Shown piece by piece: positions 21,998 through 32,017 of a stretch of DNA of 64,000 nucleotides. The position numbers and the translations under genes were made by a program. The DNA lies in contig CBDCCI010000001.1 in assembly GCA_965214705.1 (NCBI GenBank), positions 512,001 through 576,000 on the forward strand, in the 5' to 3' direction. The notes beneath the pieces are model-generated. The model had not been told where the DNA came from and did no database searches. It saw only the letters and a list, made by a program, of their open reading frames with translations. Positions within the stretch are counted from its first letter, which is position 1; each line of letters opens with the position of its first letter. The stretch comes from Alphaproteobacteria bacterium. Its GTDB lineage: Bacteria; Pseudomonadota; Alphaproteobacteria; UBA828.

Positions 21998-22051
21998 GCT
22001 ACGCGGAGCTACGCTGGAGTTGGAATTCACTCGCTTCCGCAGTGATTACGG
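21998..22051. repeat. 54-bp imperfect inverted repeat of 32310-32363 (putative recombinase binding array)
   Basis: Reverse complement CCGTAATCACTgCGgAAGC...AACTCCaGCGTA-N5-GCGTAG aligns without gaps to 32310-32363. Confidence 0.7.
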
Positions 22052-23093
22052 CGGGCGGTTCCGGGGGCTGTCAGAGAGGGCTGATTCGGGAGCTAAGCTG
22101 TTGTATCGATTGAGAGAACCGAGAGTGTAGCTTTTGTCCTGCGCCCAGGCTCTCCTCTGCTTGAAGAGGCCTCAGCCCGAGGCCTCGCTGGTTCAACTTA
22201 ATCCGGCCATCAACGTACCCGACGACTCGGGTCGTGTCCATAGCTTATGAACCTCATCACACCGGCGCCCGCTTGTCCACATTGGAGTTGCGGCCAGACA
22301 GGCCACCGCCGCGACGAACCATGGAACGATCCCTAACCATCCCGGGGCCTTCGCCCCCTCTGCGCTGCAGCCTCCCTGCACATCCCTGCAGCATCCTCCG
22401 TGCCGCACGACGTGCTAGGGCCGAATTCTCGCCACATTTCGGCGGCCATTGCAAGCCCGAAATTCAACCGGCCGGACAAGAGCTTGGACATTCCGCCGCC
22501 CGCGTCCTCCGCCGCTGCCGGCGCCTCACCCAGGACACGTCGCCGCCGGCGCACCGGGTCCCTGGCGGCCGTGCCCGCAGCCGGAGCCGCGGCCGCCCGT
22601 CGTCATCGCACGCTGCGGGGCGCCAACGCATGGATGGGACGCAGGCACACAAAGGAGTCGGGGATCGGCCGCGAGCGGCGAAGCGCCGCTCATCTCTTAA
22701 TGGTCGGAGGCGTGTGCCGCGTCCCGATCGAACGCTCTGATTCGGGATTGAGCGGGTCCGGCGAAAGCCGGTTCGATCAGGCGGAATTGTGGGCCGGAGG
22801 GCCACATTTCCGTCCTCCTGCTTCCGCCTTGATGTCGGTAATTCCGGCGATTCCGGGGCCGCGACGGAGAAAACCGCTATGAGCCCGCACCACGGCGCGG
22901 CGCAATTGAAAAGGCCGAAGTACGCCAAACAGCGTGCCCTGAGGTTCGTCGTGGCTGCGCACCGGCCACCGCGCTGACACGGGATCGCTGCGGGCAGCAA
23001 TACGCGCTCTCATTCCTCACCACGCCTCTCCGCAAGACGGCCTTCTGGCATGCCGTCGGTCCCTCCACTACCATCGGCGCCGACGGTTGCAGC

Positions 23094-24206
23094 ATGAGCA
23101 CGCGGCCGCCCGAAGAGGATGCGGCCATGCGTCACGACGAGATCTACAAGTCCATCTTCTCTCGAAGGATCTCCGTCGAGCACCTGCTCCGCTTCGTCGC
23201 CGGCATGATCGACGACGGCCCCGAGTGGCTCGCGGCCTTCGACCCGCAGACCCTGGAGCCGGTGCCGACCGAGCGCATCGACGACATCCTGCACCGCCAC
23301 CTGAGCGATCTGGTCTGGCGCGTGCGCCTGCGGGACGGCGGCGAAGAGGACTGGGCCTATCTGTTCGTGCTGATCGAGTTCCAGTCTGCGGTGGACCACC
23401 TGATGGCGCTGCGGGTCAACACCTACGTCAATCTTCTGTACCGGGGCCTCTGGGCGGGTCGCCGCTTCGGCGCCTCGGACCGTCTGCCGCCTGTGCTGCC
23501 GGTGGTTCTGTACAACGGCGCCTCACCGTGGACGGCGGCGGCGAGTGTCGAGGCGCTGGTTGCGCCGGAGGGCCGGCCCCCCGGCGCCATTGCCCCCGTG
23601 CCTGTCTATGCCGGCTCCGGCTACGTGACGCTTGACGTGGGCCGGGTCGGGGGCGGAGACTTTCCGCCGGACGATGTCGTTTCCCTGGTGATCGGCATCG
23701 AGCGGATGTCGTCGCTTGAGGAAGGTTACGCGACGCTGCTTGAGGCGTTTTCGGCACTTCGGGGTTCCGAGCATCGGGACTTGCGGCGTATATTCCACGA
23801 GTGGTTCAGCCTGCTTGTCGGGCAGGGTGCCGGGGGCGCCGTGATCGAGGGGTTCGAGGAGATGGAGCGACTGGAGGAAGCGGGCGAGCTGCGGACGCCG
23901 GTCCAGGACCGGGTCCGCGCATGGCGGGAGGCCGAACGCGAGCAGGGCCGTGAGCAGGGCCGTGCCGAGGGCGTCGAGCAGGGCCGTGCCGAGGGCGTCG
24001 AGCAGGGCCGTGCCGAGGGCGTCGAGCAGGAACGAGCGCTGCTGCTGCGCCAGACCGAGCGGAAGTTCGGCGCGGACGCCGCCGGCCGTGCGGTACCCCT
24101 GCTGGCCGGGATCGGGGAGCCCGAGCGGCTGGCGGACGTCGGCGACTGGATCATCGACTGCGCGACGGGCGACGAGCTGATCGCGCGGCTGGCGGACGCG
24201 GCTTAG
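23094..24206 (+). CDS. Rpn/YhgA-like PD-(D/E)XK protein with C-terminal GRAEGVEQ repeats
   Basis: HDEIYKSIFS, SDLVWRV, VLIEFQS.VD..MALRV, LPPVLPVVLYNG..PW; 24-bp repeat x3 at 23952-24023. Confidence 0.88.
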   Translation: MSTRPPEEDAAMRHDEIYKSIFSRRISVEHLLRFVAGMIDDGPEWLAAFDPQTLEPVPTERIDDILHRHLSDLVWRVRLRDGGEEDWAYLFVLIEFQSAVDHLMALRVNTYVNLLYRGLWAGRRFGASDRLPPVLPVVLYNGASPWTAAASVEALVAPEGRPPGAIAPVPVYAGSGYVTLDVGRVGGGDFPPDDVVSLVIGIERMSSLEEGYATLLEAFSALRGSEHRDLRRIFHEWFSLLVGQGAGGAVIEGFEEMERLEEAGELRTPVQDRVRAWREAEREQGREQGRAEGVEQGRAEGVEQGRAEGVEQERALLLRQTERKFGADAAGRAVPLLAGIGEPERLADVGDWIIDCATGDELIARLADAA

Positions 24207-24377
24207 CGCGCGCCGCCGCTGCCTCGGGTCAAGAGAGAGCCAGCGGAGCCCGCCACGATCGGCAGTCTGCGCGGCCACGGGCGAAGCCGCCGCATATGCG
24301 GTTTGATCGTCGGTCACGAGTTCAGGGACGGGCAGTCGGAGCGCCTGTCGGCGCAGAACGACGGCACTGGCCGCCGC

Positions 24378-26225
24378 TCAGTTCGTGCCCATGCCGAAGC
24401 CGAGGTCGCGAACGGCCTTGCGGAACGCCGCCTCTGCCCTCGTCTGCACCACCAGATGCTTCTTCCCCGCGCGCAGGCAGAGCTTCGCCGCGCGCTCGTC
24501 GCCGGCAATCCTGGCGGCGACGTCCTCGTCGGCGCATTCGATCAACAGCGCCGTACCGCGCGCCTTGAGCGCGCCGGCGGCGCGCTCGACGTTGCGCAGG
24601 AAGCCCTCGACCCTCTCGGGCAGAGGCTGATCGTCCCGTGCCGCAAGGAATGCGCGCAAGCCGTCGGCATCGTGTCCGCCCTCGAAGGCCGCCAGGGTCC
24701 GCTCGCGCGCCAGGCGCCACACGCCCTCCGCCTCGACCTCCGCAAACGTCTCCAGCATGAGCCTCTCGTCCGCCGACAACGCCTCGCCGGCGCACACCCG
24801 AAGGTCGGGGAAGACGGTCAGCGAGGTGCGCGCCGCCGCCGTGCCCGGCTCGTACGTATCGGCGAGCCCCAGGCAGTAGGCGCCGAGCGCATTCAGCCTG
24901 AAGTATTGCAGCCCGTCGTAGCGGCTGAGCCAGGCCAGCTCGCCGCTCCCCGACAGGTGCGTGAAATCCAGCCGTGCCTCCTCGGGGTGGATGTAGGCGA
25001 CATCGATCAGACCCAGCGTCGCGGCATACTCGAACAGCACGCACAGAAGGTAGCGGCCCTGCAGGATGTTCCAGCCGTGAAAGCCGGCATAGCCCAGGCT
25101 GTCGTGGTGCAGATCGAACAGGTAGAGCTTCCACGGATCGCGCGTGATGCCGAACTCGAACGACGACGCCTGCATGAAGCGCGAGAACTCGTCGAAGCGC
25201 ACCCAGCGGTCCAATGGACAGTGCTTCAGCGCCTCGGCGATCACCGGGCGGCGCGTCGACGCCGCGATCATCGCGCGCCGGCCCTTGCCGCGGTTCTGGC
25301 CCTTGATGGCCTCGATGCGGCTGAACTCGTCGAGCAGGTCGTTCTTGATCCAGCGTTGCCAAAGATTGCGCAGCGTCTCCGCTGCGGGCGCCCCCTGGGC
25401 GGCGTGGCCCTTCTTCGTCAGCGCCAGCTTCGAGCCCCTGAGCTCGGCCAGCTTGCCCGCCTGCACCAGCAACGGCCAGGCAAACCCCCTGACGGGGCCG
25501 ACCGCTTGTTCCCCGCGTCCCCGCTTCTCCGCGAGGTCGAAGAAGTCGCCCCCGTCCAGTTCCCCGGCAATGGCCGCCGCCGAAGCCGCCGAGGCCCGCC
25601 GCGTCTTCGCGCTCACCGCGACCTGCCCGAGATCGATCTGGCGCAGCACCGAGACCAGGTCTCTCTGTGCCGCACGCTCCAAGTCGCGCCGAACCAGCTC
25701 GACCCGCTCCAACCCCGGCGCCTCCCCCTCGGGCACGTGGCCGCGCCGCCGCCGGTCGGCCGCCTCCGGCAGCGCCTCCTCGGCGGCGAGCGCCGCCTCG
25801 GGCGGCGCGGGCACGAACCCGCGCAGACGCTCCGCCAGATCCGGCGGGACGAACGGCGTAGCGTCCGCGTAGCTGCCGCGGGAATGGAGGAAGAGGCGCA
25901 GGGGCAATGCGTCGGGAGAACCGCGCCGGCCGAAGCCCAGGGGCAGCGCGCCGTACTTGGCCTCGAACCGCGCGGCCTTGAAGCCCTCCGCGTCGTGCAG
26001 CGCCTCTGCCACCGCCAGTCGTTGAAGCTCGTCGAGATCGTCCCACAGACGGCGGAGCGAGGCCCCGCTGAGACGGCTCTCGATGGCCGCCACCATGTCG
26101 GCCTTGCGCGTGGGCTGCGGCTTCGCCGCCGAGAGCCAGTTCACCATGGTCGTGAGGTCGCTGTTGCTCAGCGCGGCAAGCGCCTTCGCCAGGGTAGGGA
26201 GCCAGTCATCGGCGATACGCACCAT
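24378..26225 (-). CDS. Protein with a C-terminal XPB-type helicase-associated (Helicase_C_3-like) domain
   Basis: 615 aa. FRLNALGAYCLG, LTVFPDLRV, WRLARERTLAAFEGG...LRAFL....QPLPERVEGFL. No Walker motifs seen. Confidence 0.65.
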   Translation of the reverse strand: MVRIADDWLPTLAKALAALSNSDLTTMVNWLSAAKPQPTRKADMVAAIESRLSGASLRRLWDDLDELQRLAVAEALHDAEGFKAARFEAKYGALPLGFGRRGSPDALPLRLFLHSRGSYADATPFVPPDLAERLRGFVPAPPEAALAAEEALPEAADRRRRGHVPEGEAPGLERVELVRRDLERAAQRDLVSVLRQIDLGQVAVSAKTRRASAASAAAIAGELDGGDFFDLAEKRGRGEQAVGPVRGFAWPLLVQAGKLAELRGSKLALTKKGHAAQGAPAAETLRNLWQRWIKNDLLDEFSRIEAIKGQNRGKGRRAMIAASTRRPVIAEALKHCPLDRWVRFDEFSRFMQASSFEFGITRDPWKLYLFDLHHDSLGYAGFHGWNILQGRYLLCVLFEYAATLGLIDVAYIHPEEARLDFTHLSGSGELAWLSRYDGLQYFRLNALGAYCLGLADTYEPGTAAARTSLTVFPDLRVCAGEALSADERLMLETFAEVEAEGVWRLARERTLAAFEGGHDADGLRAFLAARDDQPLPERVEGFLRNVERAAGALKARGTALLIECADEDVAARIAGDERAAKLCLRAGKKHLVVQTRAEAAFRKAVRDLGFGMGTN

Positions 26226-26278
26226 CGGTCGCTCCTCTCGTCGATAACGATGCCGTCCCGATGCCCGGCGCGCACCCC

Positions 26279-27448
26279 TCACGGCGAGATGTCCTTTCCG
26301 ATGCTGGCCGCCACCAGGGCCGCCGCTTCCTTCACCGAGTCCCGCGCCAAGTGCGCGTAGCGGGCGGTGGTCTGGATCTTCTTGTGGCCGAGAAGCTTGC
26401 CGATCATCGTGAGGTCTTCGCCCAGCGCCAGCGCCCGCGAGGCAAAGCTGTGACGCAGGTCGTGAAGCCGGACGTCGTCGAGCCCGGCGCGCTCCCTCAC
26501 CGGGTACCAGTAGTAGGCGAGGTGCGTCAGCCGCTCGCCCGGCTCGCGGCCCGCGATCACCCAGGGGTTGCCGGCAAGCCGGGGAATGGCGGCAAGAACC
26601 CGCGCCGCAGCAGGCGACAGCGGAACCACACGGGGGCCGGTCTTGCTCTCGCGAAGCCGGACCTCGTTCCTCTCCAGCGCAACGTCCTCCCACCGAAGCC
26701 CAAGTACCTCGCCCGAGCGGCACCCGGTCAGCATCAGAAGCCGGATCGCCGCTGCCACGTGAACCGGAAGCCAGCCCTCGGCCTCAAGCTCGTCCAGAGC
26801 CTGACCCAGGCGCCCGAACTCCTCCTCGGTCAGGAAGCGTTCCGGGCGCCGCGTCCGGTAGCGCGTCACGAAGCGGCAGGGGTTGCTTCCCGCCGGAACC
26901 AGTCCCCACGCTTCCGCGCGGTTCAGCATCCGCGACAGTGCGCCCACCGCCTCGTTCGCGGCCACCGGCGTCTTGCGCAACCTGTAGTGAAGCTCGGCCA
27001 CGTGCTCGCGGCCCAGCGCCGACAGCGGCACCTTGCCTAGCGGCGGCAGGACGTGCCTGCCGATCACCAGGCGGTAACCCGCGATCGTGCTCGCCCTGCA
27101 GCGAACCTCCACGTGCTCGCGCATGTATCTTTCGGCAAGATCGGCCACCGTCGGGCCGGCATCGCCGCCGCTCGAGGCCCTGGGCTCCTCGCCCGCCTTG
27201 ATCCGGGCCAGCAGCCCGGTCCCCCGGCGCCGCGCCTCGTCCGCCGAGATCGTGCCGTGCCGGCCAACCGTGATCCGCTTCGACCCTCTGGGGCCGCGGC
27301 CCTGCACCAGATACGTCTTCGCCCCGTTGGGATAGACCCGTACACCGAAGCCCCGCAGGTCCCGGTCCCAATAGATGACGTCCTTGTCCCCGGCGCGCAG
27401 GCCGTCGACCACCCGGTTCGACAGGGACTTCCGTTCAAGTTTCGCCAT
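26279..27448 (-). CDS. Tyrosine integrase with arm-binding (DUF4102-like) domain, second of tandem pair A
   Basis: YWDRDLRGFGVRV, LTGCRSGE, SKTGPR, HDLRHSFAS, LLGH, TARYAH. Confidence 0.93.
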   Translation of the reverse strand: MAKLERKSLSNRVVDGLRAGDKDVIYWDRDLRGFGVRVYPNGAKTYLVQGRGPRGSKRITVGRHGTISADEARRRGTGLLARIKAGEEPRASSGGDAGPTVADLAERYMREHVEVRCRASTIAGYRLVIGRHVLPPLGKVPLSALGREHVAELHYRLRKTPVAANEAVGALSRMLNRAEAWGLVPAGSNPCRFVTRYRTRRPERFLTEEEFGRLGQALDELEAEGWLPVHVAAAIRLLMLTGCRSGEVLGLRWEDVALERNEVRLRESKTGPRVVPLSPAAARVLAAIPRLAGNPWVIAGREPGERLTHLAYYWYPVRERAGLDDVRLHDLRHSFASRALALGEDLTMIGKLLGHKKIQTTARYAHLARDSVKEAAALVAASIGKDISP

Positions 27449-27468
27449 ATCGCGGTTCCCCCCGACCC

Positions 27469-28689
27469 TTACGCCATCTGTGCTGGCGGCAATCCAGGCG
27501 CTCCGTTGAGGACAGCGGCCCCGGTGCGGACGACGTCGTCCTCGATGCTGCCCCCCACCCGCGCCGCCGCGATCTTCTCCGCGTCCCGCGAGAGGTGCGC
27601 GTAGCGCGCCGTGCTGCCGATGTCCGTGTGGCCGAGAAGGCGCCCGATCATCGGTAGAGCCAGACCGAGGGCCAAGGCTCGCGACGCAAAGCTGTGACGC
27701 AGGTCGTGGATCCGCACGTCCTCTACTTCGGCACGCTCCCGCGCCCGGTGCCAGGGGTTGGTCAGCTCCGACAAGTGGCGATCCGGCCTGCGTGCCGGAA
27801 ATACCCATGGGCTCCGACGGACCCGCTTGATCCCCGCCAGCACCTGTGACGCCTCCGGCGTCAGAGGCACCATGCGCGCCCCCGTCTTCGCATCGCGCAG
27901 GCGAAGCTCCCCGGACCTGCGGTCGACGTCGCTCCAGCGAAGCGTCAGCACCTCCCCGAGACGGCATCCGGTCAGCATGATCAGCCGCAGCGCCGCCGCA
28001 GCCCGCGCCTGCACCGGGCCCTCGGCCTCCAGCTCGCGCAGCGCGAGGCCCAGCCGGCGATACTCGTCCTCGGTTAGGAAGCGCTCTCTCCGCCCCTCCT
28101 TGTAGCGCAGAACGAACCGGCACGGGTTGCCGCCGGGCGGCGCCATTCCCCACGCCTCCGACAACGAGAACATCTTGGACAAAACCATCAGCGCCCGGTT
28201 CGCGGCACGGGGCGTCTCACGCATCCCGTAGTGCAGAGCCGCCACCTCCGCCCGGCCCACGGAGGCCACGGGCTTCGCACCCAATGCCGGCAGGATGTGG
28301 TTCCTCAGCGAGCCGGCGTAGATCCTCTGCGTGTGCGCGTTGCAGTGCACCTTGACATGACCCTCCATATAGCGCTCGGCCAGGTCGGCGACGGTGAGCG
28401 TGCGCTCGAGCGGCCTCGCCACGGGATCCTCGCCCTGCTTGATGCGGGCGATGGCGGCTGCGGCCTTCTTGCGCGCTTCCTCTGCGGTGGTCTTGCCGTG
28501 CCGGCCGAGGGAGACCCGCCTGATGCCGGCAGGCCCCCGGCTCTGGGCCAGGTATATCTTGGTGCCCGAGGGGTAGACGCGCACCCCGAAACCGGGGAGT
28601 TCCCGGTCCCAGAAGACGGCCTCCTTGCCCTCGACGGAGAGCCCGTCGACGGTGCGCTTGGAGAGCGTGAGTTCGCCCCTCTTCGGCAT
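27469..28689 (-). CDS. Tyrosine integrase with arm-binding domain, first of tandem pair A
   Basis: FWDRELPGFGVRV, LTGCRLGE, AKTG, HDLRHSFAS, LLGH, TARYAH. Its RBS is displaced by the IS66-like insertion. Confidence 0.93.
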   Translation of the reverse strand: MPKRGELTLSKRTVDGLSVEGKEAVFWDRELPGFGVRVYPSGTKIYLAQSRGPAGIRRVSLGRHGKTTAEEARKKAAAAIARIKQGEDPVARPLERTLTVADLAERYMEGHVKVHCNAHTQRIYAGSLRNHILPALGAKPVASVGRAEVAALHYGMRETPRAANRALMVLSKMFSLSEAWGMAPPGGNPCRFVLRYKEGRRERFLTEDEYRRLGLALRELEAEGPVQARAAAALRLIMLTGCRLGEVLTLRWSDVDRRSGELRLRDAKTGARMVPLTPEASQVLAGIKRVRRSPWVFPARRPDRHLSELTNPWHRARERAEVEDVRIHDLRHSFASRALALGLALPMIGRLLGHTDIGSTARYAHLSRDAEKIAAARVGGSIEDDVVRTGAAVLNGAPGLPPAQMA

Positions 28690-28730
28690 CGAGGTAAGCC
28701 TTCGGTTGTCTGGTGATGGGTGCGATGGAT

Positions 28731-29612
28731 TCAACGATTGAGCGTTCGTCTCCAGTCACGTCTGAGGGGCCTGAGCCAGATGTCCTTCCTGGGCTTGGCC
28801 CGCTCCATATGTGTGTCGTAGCGCCCGCGCCCCTGGGTGATGCCGACATGGATCCAGCCCGAGGCCTTGTAGACGGCGCCGGTGTAGCGCGGGGTCTCGA
28901 CGAAGGTCTCGATCAGCACGGGCGTGGTGTTGTAGCGCTCGGTCCAATCCTCAGGCAGGCGGCGGCGGACGATGGCAAGGATGTGCGAGCCGAGGTTGGG
29001 GACTTCGATCCAGGGCAGGATGAGGAAGCGCGGGTTGTCGACCACCAGGGGGAGGTTCTTCTCGCGCAACTCGGGCGTCCATCCGATGAATGTGTCGCGC
29101 GGGGCGAGCTTCCACGCGGCGGTGGAGAAGCCGAGCATGGCGAGCGGCCAGCCGTTTCGGTCGTGGACGGCGTAGCGCATCTGGGCGCCGACCAGGGTCT
29201 TGTAGCCGAGGTAGTGGTAGCGGGCGACGAACTCGTTCCAGAGCCTGCCCTCGCGGGTATTGCGCACGACGATGCGGAAGTCGAGCGGTCGGACCTCGTC
29301 CAGGCTCGTCGGGGCCGGGAACAGCGGCGGCTCGGTGTCCGGTCCGAAGACGATGGGCTTCGGCCCGCCGGTGCGCCGCTTCGGCGGCGGCAGGACGATC
29401 ACGCCGTCGCGGTGCATGGCGAGCATGGCGACCTTCGCCATCATGTCCTTGAGCCCGCCGTCGGGCTTGTACCAGCCGATGCGCCGGCAGAACTCGCGTG
29501 CCAGGGCGGCACGGGACGTCTGTGGATCGGCGGCGATCAGGGCGCGCAGCAGCGCCATCTCTTCAACGGTGAAGTCGCGGCCGTAGTAGCGGCACTCGAT
29601 CCGGCCGGTCAT
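28731..29612 (-). CDS. DUF4338 / DruA-like protein
   Basis: Close paralogue of 21076-21957; ATGA overlap with the transposase stop. Confidence 0.88.
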   Translation of the reverse strand: MTGRIECRYYGRDFTVEEMALLRALIAADPQTSRAALAREFCRRIGWYKPDGGLKDMMAKVAMLAMHRDGVIVLPPPKRRTGGPKPIVFGPDTEPPLFPAPTSLDEVRPLDFRIVVRNTREGRLWNEFVARYHYLGYKTLVGAQMRYAVHDRNGWPLAMLGFSTAAWKLAPRDTFIGWTPELREKNLPLVVDNPRFLILPWIEVPNLGSHILAIVRRRLPEDWTERYNTTPVLIETFVETPRYTGAVYKASGWIHVGITQGRGRYDTHMERAKPRKDIWLRPLRRDWRRTLNR

Positions 29613-32017
29613 CCCGGTGCCGTGAACTTGCGCTTGCGTGCCTCGCTCATCGACCACGGCAGCCAGGGCGACAGGTCGTCCGGCGGCTTGCCGCCGTTCT
29701 TTGCGCAGGCGTCCAGCCATGCCTTCAGCCAGCGCAGCACGTCGATGCCGTTCATCGAGAGCGTGCCCACGACCGAGTACATGATCGCAATGAACGTCGC
29801 GCCGTCCTCGCTGTTGGAACCGAAGCTCAACTTCCTGCCGATGGACGGCCCGCGGAGCACGCGCTCGGCCGTGTTGTTGTCCATGGGGACCAGGGGGTGG
29901 TCGACGAAGACGCACAACCCCTCGCGATGCCTGAGCAGCGAGCGCAGGGCCTTGGCCTTGCGCCCCTTCTTCGGCAGGCCGGCCAACTCCGCCCCGGCGT
30001 CCGCGAACAGACCCTCGACCGCCTTCCTCAACGCGTCCTGCGCCGCGTCGAACGCCGGTGTCCGGCGTTCGAGGGAGGCGTCGTAATGCTTCAGCCTCTC
30101 GTCGTTCAGGTTGTAGATCTCCCCGATCCGCTCGATCCATCTCTCGCACCAGCGGGTGAGCCGCACATGGCCGGCGGCGCAGTCGATAAAGGTCCGCCTC
30201 TGGTGCGCCCAACAGAAGCAGAGGATCACCTTGCCGTCGAGTTCGCGCGCGAGCTTCCTGTAGGCGCTGAACCGGTCGCAGACCACGAGCACGGTGCAGG
30301 CGGTATCGCCGAACAGGGTTTTGGCCACCTCGGCGCTGCGCGAGGGGTCGATAAGGAAGTAGACCGTGTCCCGGCTGACCGAAGTCCACAGCCAGGCGCG
30401 GCTCGAGCGGCCGTTCCGGCGGAACTCCTGCACGCGCCAGCCGGTCTCGTCGGCATGGCGCAGCGCCGCCTTGTTCTGGTGCGCGAGGATCGCCTCGTGG
30501 ATCGGCTCGAACAGCGGCACGAAGCGCTTCTGGCTGTCGGCCAGCGTGCCCGGCGAGACCGGCAGGCCCTGGTCGGCATACCACGCCGCGACCCGGCTCA
30601 GCGGGCGGAAGCACGCACAGTGCTCGAACAGGAACCGTGCCCAGAAGCTGGTCCCGTAGAGCGTTCCCGGGAACAGCCGCGCCGCCGGCGGCGCGATCGC
30701 CTCCAGCGGCGACGACGGGCACTCGCAGCCCCGGCGCCAGCGCGGGCGGACGATCCTGCGGATATGGGCCTTGACCTCGATCTCGATGACGTTCGTCGAG
30801 TGCTCGCCGTTGGCGACGTAGGGCTTGCCGCAACAGGAGCAGACGCGCGCATCCTTCGGCGGGTTGCGCCGCTCCTCCTTCTCCCGCAGACCGGCTCGCT
30901 GGGTGCGGCCGTGGCCGGGCGCGCCGGGCTGCTGGCCGCGCGTGCGCCCCGTGCCCGCCTTCTTCTGCTTCTCGCTCCTGCTGCCGAACAGCGCCTTCGA
31001 CAGAACGGAGCGGGTCGAGCGGAGCTTCTCGACCCGGGATTCCAGCGTCTCGACGCGGGAGGTCAGCGTCGCCGTCTCGGCCTCCAGCGCCGCCCCCTTG
31101 GCCCTCAACTCCCGCACCTCGGTGCGCAGCCGGGCGTTGCGTTGGCGCAGCGATTCGACAAGGCCCTTCGCCCGCGCGGTCGCTGCACGGAGCTGAGCGA
31201 TCCGCCTGCGCAGCGGGGCCAGCATGGCCCGCCGTTCCCGCGAAGCCTCCACGCAGAACGCGTTCCGCCGGTCGATCTCCCGGTTCAGCCCGTCGACCTC
31301 GTCGCGATGCCAGGCATCGAGCCGAAGCTCGCGCTCGTGGGAGTTGCACAGCGCCGAGTGAAGACCGGCGTTCTCGCCGGCCAGCCGCTTGCACCGTCTC
31401 TCCGAGGCCCTCGCCGCCTTCTGCAACGCGACATTCTCCGCGCGCAGCGCCTTGTTCGTATCGGTCAGGCTCGCCGACGCCGACGCCTGCTCGCTCAGAG
31501 CCGCGACCTCGCCCTTCAGCCGTGCCACCTCCTTGTTCAGCCGCACCGCTTCCTTGTTCAGCCGCACCGCTTCCTTGCGCGAGCCGCGCAGTTCCGCACG
31601 CAGTGCCTCGTTCGTGTCTTTCTGCCCCTGCGCCTGCTCCTGCGAGCGCTCCAGCGCCCTGTGCAGCCCCCGAATCTCCTGGGATCGACGGCCGGATGTG
31701 TCGTTCCGGGCTTTCGATGCCGGGGCCTGGTGCGCTCCACGGGTATTCCTCGGCACCGGACCGCTCGCGCCCTTGCCAGCCTCTGCCTTGCGCAGAGAAG
31801 TACGGAGCCGGCGAACATCGTTGAGCAGCTCCTGCACGCGCGCTTCGGCCGCGTCCGCCCGCGCCCGCTCCGTCTCCGCGCAGGCTCGCGCCTGCTCGTA
31901 CAGAGATTGCCCGTCGCGCGGCTCCGACACCACGGCCGCCGTCGAGGGCAGCCAGACCCCGTCGTCGCCTTCGATCGACGCCAGCGCCGCCCCGGAATCC
32001 TCGTCGCGAATCGTCAC
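29609..32017 (-). CDS. IS66-family transposase with a long N-terminal coiled coil
   Basis: LFGSRSEK, CSCCGKPY, HADETGW, VCDRFSAY, CWAHQRR, MDNNTAERVLR. Confidence 0.92.
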   Translation of the reverse strand: MTIRDEDSGAALASIEGDDGVWLPSTAAVVSEPRDGQSLYEQARACAETERARADAAEARVQELLNDVRRLRTSLRKAEAGKGASGPVPRNTRGAHQAPASKARNDTSGRRSQEIRGLHRALERSQEQAQGQKDTNEALRAELRGSRKEAVRLNKEAVRLNKEVARLKGEVAALSEQASASASLTDTNKALRAENVALQKAARASERRCKRLAGENAGLHSALCNSHERELRLDAWHRDEVDGLNREIDRRNAFCVEASRERRAMLAPLRRRIAQLRAATARAKGLVESLRQRNARLRTEVRELRAKGAALEAETATLTSRVETLESRVEKLRSTRSVLSKALFGSRSEKQKKAGTGRTRGQQPGAPGHGRTQRAGLREKEERRNPPKDARVCSCCGKPYVANGEHSTNVIEIEVKAHIRRIVRPRWRRGCECPSSPLEAIAPPAARLFPGTLYGTSFWARFLFEHCACFRPLSRVAAWYADQGLPVSPGTLADSQKRFVPLFEPIHEAILAHQNKAALRHADETGWRVQEFRRNGRSSRAWLWTSVSRDTVYFLIDPSRSAEVAKTLFGDTACTVLVVCDRFSAYRKLARELDGKVILCFCWAHQRRTFIDCAAGHVRLTRWCERWIERIGEIYNLNDERLKHYDASLERRTPAFDAAQDALRKAVEGLFADAGAELAGLPKKGRKAKALRSLLRHREGLCVFVDHPLVPMDNNTAERVLRGPSIGRKLSFGSNSEDGATFIAIMYSVVGTLSMNGIDVLRWLKAWLDACAKNGGKPPDDLSPWLPWSMSEARKRKFTAPG

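Noticed and set aside
22060-23090. Short ORFs or an RNA gene in this 1-kb gap
   Set aside because: No recognisable protein motif, tRNA fold or convincing RBS; left unannotated.
23940-24030. Short repeats (also 18164-18251 and 16338-16386) as a CRISPR array
   Set aside because: They are contiguous tandem repeats with no spacers, mostly coding, and there are no cas genes.
26279-28153. 624-aa integrase
   Set aside because: The N-terminal extension overlaps the upstream integrase in another frame; the real start is at 27448.
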